The notes beneath the pieces were generated by a model. The model saw nothing but the letters and a program-made list of their open reading frames with translations. It was not told where the DNA came from and made no database searches. From Octopus bimaculoides (Eukaryota): 61,182 nucleotides of DNA. The first letter of the stretch is position 1. Each line of letters starts with the position of its first letter. This document shows positions 1-11,652 of the stretch, piece after piece. The stretch spans positions 15,594,264 to 15,655,445 of the forward strand of contig NC_068984.1 in NCBI RefSeq assembly GCF_001194135.2, given 5' to 3'. A program made the position numbers and the translations under genes.

Positions 1-1319
1 TTTACAGGTCCCAGAAGACTGAAATTTTGGAATATGTGCATAAAGATTAATAGTATCATGTCTCATGATTAGAATTTTTTTAGGGTGTGTAAAGAGGGAA
101 AGAACCCTCATGTGCAATTTTGATGAAATTACAATCATATCTATTCCAGTTCCTTACAGGAAATATAAGAGAAAAGTCTCATCCTTCAATTGCATGTAAC
201 ACGGGCAGCACCGGGTATCTCTGCTAGTATTTAATATTTGTCTGCTAAGCATTGCATCAGATCTTCTCATTAAAAAAAAATTGCTGAAAACTCGAGTTTT
301 TAAAAAAGTAACATTTACTACTATGCTGGTAATCCATAACATTTAAATTGTTCTAAAATTTACATATATCTGCAAAGTATTATTTGCATGTATGTTAACG
401 CACATTTAATTCAATTGAAATAAAATCAATTCAAAAATTAAAGCATTTAGCCACTTTTTAACTTTTAAATTCTTTCTTTGAATGTAAATGAAGAAATGTG
501 TATTTACCTATCTGCAAATATTTGTCTTTCTGGTTATTTCAACATTTCTTATAATAAAAATTATAGAATTTGATTTTAATATATTAAAATATTAAAAAAA
601 AAAAACCTCAAATAATTTTTGTATTTGTTTTGGGTTTATTCTTGTAATTTCTTTCCTTGATATATTTTTTGTATTCGTTTTGTTGTAAATTTGTTCTAAA
701 TATTTGACAACAAAAAGGCAGTGAACTATATTTTGTCCGTCTTTACGTTCTGAGTTCAAATTCTGCTGAGGTCAACTTTGTCGTTCATCCTTTTGGGGTC
801 AATAAAATGGGTACTAGTTGAGTACTGGGGTTGATATAATTGACTTGGCCCCTCACCTGGAATTACTGGCCTTGTGCCAAAATTTGAAATCAATATTTGT
901 CAAAAAATATTAAAGGCAGTGGCTTGGCAGAATCTTAAGTTTATAAAATAAAACACCTTTAGTTGTGAACCTTAGCATTATGAGTTCAAATTCAACCAAG
1001 GTCAACTTTGATTTTCATTTTTTCAAGATTGACAAAAATNNNNNNNNNNTGGAAAGCGGACGTTAAACGATGATGATGATGATGATGATGAATGAAGTAC
1101 TGGGGTCAATTTAACCCTTTCCTTGACACATTTCTGTTGAAATATACTTCCTTTGTTTTAATGAATTCTTAAAATATTGAAGAATTTATTAAAATGATTT
1201 TGTCATTAATAAGCTGGTGTCTAGAACACAAATTAACATACATTTTGATGGAAGGCTTTAATTTAAATCCTTTTAAAACAGGGAGTTTGTATCATAGAAC
1301 TAAGGGCCAGTCTTATGTA

Positions 1320-2246
1320 TTGGGTCATCCCATAAATAAGGTGGTTTTTTTCAATTGCATGAACTAAAAGTTGGAGGGGGATGGGATAAATTACCTGCAT
1401 CAACTTGCTATAAAAGCAGGTAGTAATTTTATCTTGTACTTATTCTTAGTGCAAGTTTTGAAGAGTACAGTTTGATTTTAACTGTTATTTTTTCAAAGCT
1501 ATAATGGAAGTGACAAAGGAGCATATTCAGCATATTTTGATTTATGAGTTCAATAAAGGCAACAACACAATGGAAAGTGTGAGGAATATTAATGCAGTAT
1601 ATGGGGATCAGACAATAAGCATAAGCTAGTGTCAATGGTGGTTCCAGAAATTCCAAGCTGGAAACTCAGCCTGGAAGATGAACCTCATCTTTGAAGATCT
1701 GTAGACCTCAATGAGGATGTCCTGTAAACCCTGGTGGAACAAAATCCCATCATAACTGTTGAGGAACTAGCAGAGAAGCTTGGATTTGGTCATTCAACCA
1801 TTCATCAATACCAGCGCTAGAAGAAAAACGACCATCTTTGGCTCCAAGACAAAAGGTGTTCTTCCATCAGGATAAAGCTTGGCCACATACAGTGAGGATG
1901 ACATTCTAAAGGCTGGAGTAGTTTGAATGGGAAACGATGCCCCACCCACCATAATCACCAGACATTGCCCCAACTGATTATCATTTATTCCTCAGTCTTC
2001 AAAATCATTTGGATGGAAAAAATATGAATTCTGTAGATGAGGTCAAACAATACTGGAGGAGTATTTTTTGTCACGGATAAGTGAATTTTGGAAGAGAAGC
2101 CTTGCAAATCTACCAGATAGATGGAAGTGCATTGTAGAAAATGAGAGTATATTTTAAATTAAAAAAGAACTTTGTTTATCTTAATTTTGAAAAATAAAAG
2201 AGGTATAAAAAGACTCAATAGATTAGATCCTAATGGGGTGACCTAA
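1320..2246 (+). mobile_element. Defective, internally deleted mariner (DD34D) transposon
   Basis: TA-flanked imperfect TIRs ttgggtcatccca / tggggtgacctaa; ATG 1504 MEVTKEHIQHILIYEFNKG...CQWWFQKF (HTH) fused to HQDKAWPH...HPP*SPDIAPTDYHLF with 34 residues between D2 and D3; several stops and frameshifts. Confidence 0.9.
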
Positions 2247-2289
2247 TAGATTAGTTTCAAAAGGGTTAATCAACTGTGAGCATCTTGTT

Positions 2290-2625
2290 CCATAGTCTTT
2301 TGCTGAGTCTACCAAAGGCTGTAGCAGCTTTTCCTATCCAGACACATTTTGTTGTCTAGGGAGGTTGGCAAAAGACATTGTGGACCTGAGACAGAGTTTC
2401 TTTATAACCTCCAATGGCTTGTTGTCCAACATGATGTTGTCTTGAGTTGTGCCACTTTGTGTCAGAATGATGATCTTCTTGATGCTAATTAAAAGAAAAA
2501 ATGTTTTGTAGCCTTGTGAAAGGTGCTCCATCATTGCCTGTGGGGTTAACTCATGTGAGCAACTAATGCTGTGTCATCTGCAAAGTGGAGATCTCTGATC
2601 AAGGTTAACTTGGTTTGGGTTTTTG
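2290..2625 (-). mobile_element. RTE/BovB-type LINE reverse transcriptase relic
   Basis: Minus translation [16 protein letters not shown]...LISIKK...LEVIK contains the FADD motif; stops and frameshifts. Confidence 0.8.
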
Positions 2626-3899
2626 CTCTGAGGTGTGCAAGATTAAAAAGGGACCCATCAATTCTCCAGTGAGAACATTGTACTATCCTGGATAAATATT
2701 TGATTCTCCTGTTTTTAATTTAGTAGATATAGTTAAAAGTTGAATTGTAGGATGTATAAAGTGTAATAAAAAATAATATGCTTCCATAGTTTAATTGTAG
2801 AAACAAATCTGTAAAACCTGTAAAATTTGTGGGTTTGTGCCTAAAATTAGAAATCATTATAATCTTTTCTATATTTAGCTTCTTCTCATATCCTGTGTTT
2901 TAAAGTACATTGGTGATAATTGATGTGCTTATCTAATCATGAGTATATCTGTTTAAGCATGAATGAAATAGTAATGGAAAAAATCATAATTATTTGTTAC
3001 ATTTTTCTGTGATTACTGTTTTGAAGTTATTACAAAATGTTGTATAAAGTGTGAAGAATTTCTGTAAAAACAGTTTAGCTATGTTTAGCTAAAAATTCTT
3101 TAAACTTTTATCTTATCTCTGCATTTTTCCTTTCATTTTGACTCTCGCACCCTGGCCTGTGATATTCTATGACCATTGGCGTCACCTAACCATTTTCCCA
3201 CCCCATTTCTTAGATTCCTCATTTACTGCCGCTCTATGTATTCCTCCTATCTGAAATCTTAGAATTCATCTCTCCTTGTGCCATGTGAATTTAGTAAAAT
3301 TTCTAATTTCTAATTAAACAGTTTCTCAAGCTGTGTTATGTTAATTTCATTATTTATTAAATACATTAGACATGGCTGTTCATGTATGTGAGATGATTGA
3401 CGGATGTATCGTAAATGATGGTGACATTTTCAGAACAAAAGAATACTCATGTCCCTTATTTCAGTTTGTTACATGAGAAAGGAGAGAACAACAATGATAC
3501 ACCTGAAGTACCTTTAGAATTAATTTACCTTGGAAATTCCTATTCTTGACCTACAATTTATAAGTGCACAAGTTATTAATCTCTTCCTATATTTTGATTG
3601 ATTTGATAGCAAACAAATCCTTAGAATGTTTGTTACAAGTATTTACATTGCTTTTTTTTTATATCTGAAGAAAACTTAGTTACAGTGTTATGCCTTCTGT
3701 AAGATTAATGTGTTGTTTATTATGATTAATATTCCTGTGGTTTGTGAAGTCATTTTGTAGGTTTACAAATTTATAAAAAAAACTATTCTAANNNNNNNNN
3801 NNNNNNNNNNNNNNNNNNNNNNNNNNNNNNNNNNNNNNNNNNNNNNNNNNNNNNNNNNATTTAGTTAGGAATTCTCATCACTGTTAGATACACTCTAAC

Positions 3900-4292
3900 T
3901 TGACATATCCATGTGCTCCCTACTCTTGGTACCTTACATGTCCCTTCGTCTGCCATGGAGCACAATTGAGCAGTTCTAGATCCAATAGCAAGCTCTGTGG
4001 TACACAGTACTTAGGTGAAATGGGTTACCATTTGGGAGATAGATTCTGTGAGCATTTGCTAGACATGTTTAACAATACCTGGGGTGTTTCAAACTCATCT
4101 GGTCATTTCTTTGATCATCTATCAGTCTATGGTGTCCTCCAATACTTTGGCTCACATGTGATCTGCAAATACAAGGAGCAGTGCCTTATTTTTAATCTGG
4201 GCACTTCTGCTCCTCAGCACCTTTATATGCAACCCCAGTTTCCTCTGATTCTACCTTTTACCCTCATCCCCTTCCCCTTCTCACACTCTTAA
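3900..4292 (+). mobile_element. Penelope-like element relic, GIY-YIG endonuclease C-terminus
   Basis: LCGTQYLGEMGYHLGDRFCEHL...HF...KYKEQCLIFNLGTSAP resembles the PLE pattern C..QYIGET.R.L..RF.EH...KEQ.LIF.LGT..P. Confidence 0.8.
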
Positions 4293-4381
4293 ACTATTTT
4301 TGTTGTTACGTGATTTGTATTTGCTTGCATTATGTTGTGCATTTATGTGTCTGCACACACACACATGCACACATGCACATA

Positions 4382-5232
4382 CAGGGTCCGGCAAAATGAT
4401 CTGACACATTTTTGGATTTAAAAAAATATAAAAAAAGTAAAGAAACAAAAAAAAAATAATTTATTTTTGAAAAGTACATATAATGCCATTTTGTTTCATT
4501 TGGTTTTAAAAATTAAATCAGTCAAATGAGAGCCGTCATTGTCCACACACTGTCGAAGGCGTTCATGAAAGTTGTCCATAACTCGGCGGATCATTTCATG
4601 AGGAATGGCAGCAATTTCTTGACGAATGGCATCTTTAAGTTGTTCAATAGATTGAGGGCGATTAATGTATACCTTTGACTTGAGGTATCCCCAGAGGAAA
4701 AAATTGCAAGGATTTAAATCAGGTGATCGGGTGGGCCAACCGATGTCACCACCCAATGAGATTAAATGACCAGGAAACATCTCCCTCAAAATTCCCATCG
4801 CACGTCGAGAAGTGTAGGCTGTTGCCCCATCCTGTTGAAACCAAACATTTTCCGTATCGTGGAGCATATTCAATTTGGGTCTGAGAAAATTCTCTAGCAT
4901 CTCACAATATCGATCAGAGTTCACAGCCACTATAACGTTGTCTTCTTCAAAGAAGTACGGACCCCATATACCGAATTCTGATACCGCACACCACACAGTC
5001 ACCCGAGAATGCAAAGGGCGTTCATGCAACTCACGAGGGTTGTTTTTGGCCCAGTATCTGAAGTTTTGCTTATTCACTGTGGCACACAGATAAAAATAAA
5101 ATGAAACAAAACAAAACAAAACAAAATGGCATTATATGTACCTTTCAAAAATGAAAAAAACTTTTTTGTAACTTTAATTTATTTGCCTTTTATTAAACCT
5201 ACAAATGTGTCAGATCATTTTGCCGGACCCTA
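4382..5232 (-). mobile_element. Non-autonomous DD41D (rosa/VS-type) Tc1/mariner element, 5' deleted
   Basis: 29-nt identical TIRs (4383-4411 / 5203-5231), inner 34-nt inverted repeat (4463-4496 / 5119-5152); ORF 4496-5119 with TVNKQNFRYW, VTVWC, WFQQDGAT, WPTRSPDLNPCNFFLWG; 41 residues between D2 and the D3 position. Confidence 0.9.
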
Positions 5233-5502
5233 GATATATAGAAAGCAAAGCAAAACAAAAGAGGAGAGTTTCTTTTATATGATGTTTAGATGCTGTATCT
5301 AAATGTTATATAAACACACTTTCCTGATGCTTTGTGTATGTACTCTGTGACACACACAACTGTAGATTCCAACCAACTCAGACTGTATGATTCCTCCCCA
5401 CCCCCACTTCTCTTTGGATATACATGAACACACATGGAGTTCTAATACTGGTTATTTGTCATGTGATTTACATTTAAATCCCATTATATAATTATATAAA
5501 GC

Positions 5503-5710
5503 AGCAAGCTGGCTGAAATGTTGGCACACTGGGAAAAATGCTTAGCAGTATTTCGTCTGTCTTTATGTTCTGAGTTCAAATTCCGCTGAGGTCAACTTTC
5601 CCTTTCATCCTTTCGCGGTCGATAAATTATGCACCAGTTGTGTACTGGGGTTGATCTAATCAACTGGCCCCTTCCCCAAAATGTCAGGCCTTGTGCCTAG
5701 AGTAGAAATT
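5503..5710 (+). mobile_element. tRNA-derived SINE, family A
   Basis: Head ggcagcaagctggctgaa, B-box-like gagttcaaattcc, body shared with copies at 9803, 10535-10935, 17808, 36135. Confidence 0.8.
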
Positions 5711-6089
5711 ATTATATAGTTATATATATGTGTGTGTATACAAGTTGCTTAGTTATATATGTTGCATGCAGTTTGGTGCATTTGCTCACTCTTCTATTTA
5801 TTTCCTTCCTCTGTTACTCCCCTCAGACTTCTAGTGCCCCACCTCAAACTTCTATATATTTCTACTCACCCTCTCTCTGCTCATTTTTATATTTTACAAT
5901 TCTGATCACCCTTCACAGACTCTTAATTCTTTACACTGACATGGATCTTTCAGATGTTTTGTGAATGTCTAGGATTACTTCATCCACTGTACCCTTCTTT
6001 GTAGTTTGATTGCAGAGAGATTGGCTGAACGCTATCAAGTTCCCATATATTCCTTGTTACATGTTAAATAAGTTTCTCAAATGGCATAT

Positions 6090-6600
6090 AGTCTTTGTTA
6101 TTAATTAGAACTCTGGTCTTTGCCATATTGACCTTAAGGCCTTTGGATTCAAGATTATATTTTTAGTTTGGTAGAATCTTCTGCTACACTTTGATTCAGT
6201 AACGAGAACCAGGTTATCAGTATATAAATTTTCATTAGGGCATTCCATTTCAAACTCTTCTGTTATTGCCTCAAGAAGAGTAATGAATAGTAAGGGTCTG
6301 AATACAGAACCCTAGTCAACACCTGTCCCTACATTAAATTTCTCACGACAAATGTTTGTCTTGTTCATGGCTTGAATGGTGTTGCAGTTTTTCTCCAGTG
6401 AAGTTATGTAATATAGAAATGTGACTTTGAGCTTCTTTTGCAGTGGTCTCATCACAAGCCCTAAACTGCATCTTCTCCAAATTTACCAAATGTTTTATAC
6501 TCTCAACCATTTTCAAGACTTGGTCCATTAGTTTCATGCCAAAGTTTCCTTTCTCTTGCCTTTGTTGTAACAGTCAATAAGGGTGTTGCTGCACTAGTTA
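6090..6600 (-). mobile_element. RTE-type LINE reverse transcriptase relic
   Basis: Minus frames give GMKLMDQVLKMVE, GVD*GSVFRPLLFITLLEAITEEF and LESKGLKVNMAKTRVL, typical of RTE RT. Confidence 0.8.
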
Positions 6601-8204
6601 ACATCTACCTGCACTAACAGATTAATAAACGAGTAACTATATTATTAGATTCAGTATGTTGGATGTAGTTTATTTTCATACACATTTATAAAGCCAAAAA
6701 ACAACAAAAAAAACAGGAGTGTTTGTTTATTTTGTATTTACATGATCTAACTAAATATTATATCAACAAACTTACTGTTGTATGTACTCTGTGACCTACA
6801 CAACTGTTGATTTCAACGAAATGAAACTCAGACTATTATAATATGAACCTTCCACTCAGATTCCCTTTAGATGTACAGGAATACACAGAGTTCTAAAAAT
6901 TACTTATCACATTTTTCTGATAATCATACTGATTGTCTGTTGATCCCAGCTGTTAATTTGAGATGAGTATGATTAAAAACTTGTAACCATAATCTTCAAA
7001 ACAACTGGTTAATTATTAGCTAACTATTGCTTGACTGTTAAATCATTGTTCTGGCACAGAATATATTTGAAGACTATTCTAGAAGAAAAAAAGCTTAAAA
7101 AAAAAAAAAAAGATTCGAAGCATATTTAATGAGAAGTCAATAAAGATTATCTTTCAATACGTAAGGTTTCTATGGCTATTGTTTTTTTTTTCCGACCCCT
7201 ATCAAATGATATAATGCATACACAACACAATTGTCCTGTCTCTCTGTCTTTATTTAGGTATTTAAAGCACAGACTTAGCTCTAAGCTAACAAGAGAACCC
7301 CTGCTAGAAATAGCTGTCAAAACCTTCCTTAAATCACACACTACCATTTTGCAAGATGGGGTCCTGTATGCAATATTGCTGAAAAAAGACAAGGTGGTCA
7401 CACCTGGAATGCCTTTACTCATAGTTCTACTTGGCCTATGTTAATCTGGGGTTAAACAACAGCAATGTGCCTAGTTTCCTTATGAATTTACTAAACAGTT
7501 ATTCATCTTAGTAATATCCATCTGATGATGTCTTAATTACTTTTATTGCAAATATTGTTTCAGTTGTTCTGCTTGCATCAGACATGATGGACTTCTTTCA
7601 GTTTCATCATCATCATCATCATTTAACATCTGTGTTCCCTGCTGGCATGGGCTTGATGGTTCAAGAGGGTCTAATGGGCCATAGGACTGCGTTGAGCTCC
7701 AAAGTCTGCTTCAAAATAGTCTCTAAAGCCAAATGCCCTTCTTAACACCAACCACTTTACAGAGTGTATTTGGTGCTTTTTATGTGGCACCAGCACTAGT
7801 GAGGTCACCAAGTAATTTGCAAGGCAAGACCCCCTTGACCTTGTGAGAGAGTAGAATTGAAGGAGATGGTATTGTATCAGGTGTTGGAAGGCTAAAGTAT
7901 GACAGAAGGACAAGAACAGATGCCTTGCTGTTTGCCTGGGGCTACTGTAGAATTGTAGAAGGGACTTACCCAAGGTGCTGCACTTTGGAACAGGACCTGG
8001 AAAGCTATGGTTGGGAAGGGGAAGTTAACATCTTTTCCACATGGCCATGCTTGTGTAAAACACATGAAATGAATGCATTCGGTTTTCGCAAGAGACACAA
8101 ATGGAAACAAATTTCAGTAAAAATAGCAATTTCAAAATATATCTGCTAAACTATTTTTATAGTTTTACATTCTAATTCATAGCAGAACTCGTCACCATCA
8201 TCAA

Positions 8205-8467
8205 CCCCTAGGAATTACTGACTGAAGTTCTGGGAATCATAGGGCCAGTTGCCTGATTTCTATGCCATATAAATGATTGAGATAACAACATTCCCCTGGA
8301 TAGGATGCCATTCTATTGCAGAGTTACTCATTTATAGCCGAGTGAACCAGAACAATGTAAAATGGAGTGTTTTGTTCAAGAACACATACTGCTCAGTCTG
8401 GGAATTGAAACTACAATCTTATGATTGTGGGTACAACACCCTGACAATCAGGCCATGCATCTTCACT
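8205..8467 (-). mobile_element. tRNA-derived SINE, family D
   Basis: Minus head gcatggcctgattgtcaggg...tttcaattcc and tgtgttcttgaacaaaacact core shared with 12700, 26460, 53870 copies. Confidence 0.7.
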
Positions 8468-9061
8468 AGTAGAATAGTAGAACTGACTGTTGGTAAAATA
8501 GTATTTCTATATTTCATGACATCTTTGGAAAACAAAATAAAAATCTATTTTATTGCAGAGAGTCTTCTTGCAAAGACTAAAATTAGGTTAGCTTTTTAGG
8601 TTGTTGACAGCAAATGTTTGTATTTAATTCAAGCCTCAACATCTCCAGAATATCTTCTTTCCTTCACAAACACACACACACACGCACAATTACATCCTGT
8701 AGTCAATTATAGAGAAATTTGTAGGATTCTCCCCCCGTACACTTCTCTTCCTCTATGGACCTTTGCCTGTGACATTTGTGACATATTTAAACTAATTTAA
8801 TATTGAACTTGTTTGTAACCTTTACATTTTTAACTATTGTTTTTCATAGATTAAGTGTATTTATAATTCAGTTGTTTTGTTTATATGTATTTTGTATAGT
8901 GTTTTATCATTATTGTCTTGGAATATTCACCAGCACCACCATCATCATCATCATGTAAAGATTGGTTATGTTTTCTGTGCAGCATTTTTAAATCCTGTCA
9001 TATTTAATCATCCTTGACCTATTTTTTTACTGAGCGTTTCTTCTTCATTATTCATTCTGTA

Positions 9062-9242
9062 GCACATCTTTAACTATATTCCATCGGTTCTTTACCTTGC
9101 TGTACACCTATATATCACCCTTTGTGTATAAAAGTTACCTTCTGAAGCATGTCACTATAGCATGTGCACGAGGTTCACATGAATAAGTAAGAATGGGGTG
9201 TAAGCTCGGTAAAGAACTGATGACAGATAAGTGAAGATGTGC
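9062..9242. mobile_element. Degenerate foldback element (MITE-like)
   Basis: Arms gcacatctt...catcggttctttacc...tacacc and ggtgta...ggtaaagaactgatg...aagatgtgc are imperfect reverse complements over ~48 nt. Confidence 0.55.
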
Positions 9243-9802
9243 CATGGAATAATAAAGAATTAATACTCAGTAAAAAATAGGCCAAGGAAGACGACATGTA
9301 ACCAAGCCACAAGAAAAACAGTAAATAATTATCCACTGGCTAATTAAGAGTTGCTTATATTTAATTACCCGCTGGATTAACCCATTTGTTACCATATTTC
9401 TGTGGTTTTGTTTCAATTAATTTTGAAAGTTATGAAGAATTTTGTAAAATAACTTTTGTTATTAAGCCATTGTTGAGATCATAAAATTATCATGAAATCT
9501 TGATGAAAGATTTTAAATTAGATCATTTTAACCCTTTTGTTACCATATTTCTGTTAAAATACATTGCCTTTGTTTCAATTAATTTTGAAAATTATGAAGA
9601 TCTGAAAGAATAATAGCGAAATTATTGTATACAGTGCTCAAGTGCACTATAACTCACCAGAAAACGTAGGAGTGGACATAGATACCTTGGCTAAGTTACA
9701 GTTTGGATTTGTTCAGGTATATGGAATCATAGAAGTTGTATCTTTGGTGAAATTCTTAAAGTTTTGAAGTTGTTAACTGAGATCAATCAATGCTACTTTT
9801 CA

Positions 9803-10036
9803 GTAGGCGGCGAGCTGGCAGAATCGTCAGCATGCCAGGCGCAATGCTTAACAGTATTTTGTCTGTCGCTACATTCTGAGTTCAAAGTCCGCCGAGGTAG
9901 ACTTTGCCTTTCATCCTTTTGGGGTCGATTAAATAAGTACCAGTTACGCACTGGGGTCGATGTAATCGACTTAGTCCCTTGGTCTGTCTTTGTTTGTCCC
10001 CTCTATGTGTAACCCCTTGTGGGCAATAAAGAATTA
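9803..10036 (+). mobile_element. Full-length family A SINE with 14-bp target-site duplication
   Basis: AATGCTACTTTTCA at 9789-9802 and 10037-10050; ggcggcgagctggcagaatcg head; gcaataaagaa tail. Confidence 0.9.
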
Positions 10037-10534
10037 AATGCTACTTTTCATTTATCAATTTCAAAGAAGGTCTTTGGAAACTCCCATTTTTTGGTTTTGT
10101 GTGCATTGAATAGGCTAAGTAATGAAGGAATGGCCTGTGAGAGTGCTTCAGTACATATCTGAGGTTATTCTAAAAGTGCTTATGTGAGACACTGGATTCA
10201 ATGAGGAATTTGATGTCTCTAAATTTTGTCCTAAACGATTTATGCTTGAATATATATTTTTTTATTGATTCTTTTATTTTCATTAGTGTCAAGCTTTTCA
10301 TGACATTTAGAATTCTATAAAATTGTAGCTCACGTGAAGCAATGTTTTCTAAAAATGGTTGTATTTATTTTTCAACTTTGCATTCAATTTTGTTATCATG
10401 TAGAAAGCAGGAGCAGAACTTTCACTGTTGAAGACCAAGACAGATATTTTAATGTGTCAGTTTAGTTGATAGCATGAGCAACCATGGACCGACTAACATG
10501 TCTCTGCTGTTAGGTGATGTAATAATTAATATTG

Positions 10535-10935
10535 ATTTCAAATTTTGGCACAAGGTCAGCAATTTCGGGATTGGTATGGGGTAAGTTGATTACATCAACC
10601 CCTAGAGTTTAACTGGTACTTATTTTATTCAGCCTGAAAGGCTGAAATGCATAGTTGGCCTCAGTGGAATTTGAACTCAGAACATAAAGATGGACGAAAT
10701 GTCGGGTGTGCTAACGATTCTTATTTCTTTATTGCCCACAAGGGACTAAACATAGAGGGGACAAACAAGGACAGATAAGGGGATTAAGTCAATTACATTG
10801 ACCTCAGTACATAACTGGTACTTTATTTATCGACCCTGAAAAGATGAAAGGCAAAGTCAACCTCAGCGGAATTTGAACTCAGAATGTAGCATCAGACGAA
10901 ATACCGCTAAGCATTTCGCCTGGTGTGCTAACGAT
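10535..10935 (-). mobile_element. Two adjacent family A SINEs, antisense
   Basis: Reverse complements of the family A body, including atttgaactcagaa twice. Confidence 0.8.
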
Positions 10936-11587
10936 TCTGCCAGCTAACCACCTTAGTGATGTAATTAATAGAAATAGTTATAGTCAAAGTGTTGTTGCTA
11001 AGAATTAGGTGGAAACATTTAGGAAGTTGTTACCTGTTTTGGTGTCAAAAAGTTTCTCTAACTGTAAAGGTCATATATCGTATGTTTAATGCTCAGTAGA
11101 AGAAAAATATCGGTGATGAGTGTTTGATTCATGCAAACATTGAAAAGTGAGCATTAAAACAATGATGACGAGTGCAGAAGATTTATATGACTTGAGATGA
11201 AGAAGGTGCAACAAGTGAATCAAATGAACTCTATTTTAAAGAAAGTTGGTAAAAAAAAAATGGATGAGTTTCAGAGATTTTGATTTATGTATTTAAGCTA
11301 GATGTTTGAATTAGTATTGATAAGTGTTGGGAGTTTATTGTAGAAGGTATCTATTGGAAATCTTGAAAGTAAAGGATAGGTCTGACCTGAGACTACTGGT
11401 CTTCACTGACGAGCTACCGTGAGATCCAGATAACTAAATGTATATGTATTAGTGTATAAAATTGGATGTTAAAATAACAAAGGCTTTGTAGAATTTTATG
11501 TTGAACATTTTTTTAATAAAGAAAGTGATGCAAAATTTATTCGAGGTTTCAGTACATTCCAATATTAACTTTTTCTACCCCAAACAG

Positions 11588-11652
11588 GTATTGTTCAACC
11601 TTCAAATATTTGGGCCAGTGATCCAGACCCATCAATGTTGAAATTTATTCAG
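11588..11652 (+). CDS. PYCR: PYCR coding exon (second; 65 nt, phase 1 to 0): (G)[21 protein letters not shown]
   Basis: caaacAG acceptor, CAG|gtaagt donor; aligns by eye with the P5CR segment after the Rossmann helix. Confidence 0.85.

Noticed and set aside
9217-9245. Other CTGATGA hits (9217, 7522, 14822, 30425, 56787) as hammerhead cores
   Set aside because: No correctly placed GAAA with paired stems.
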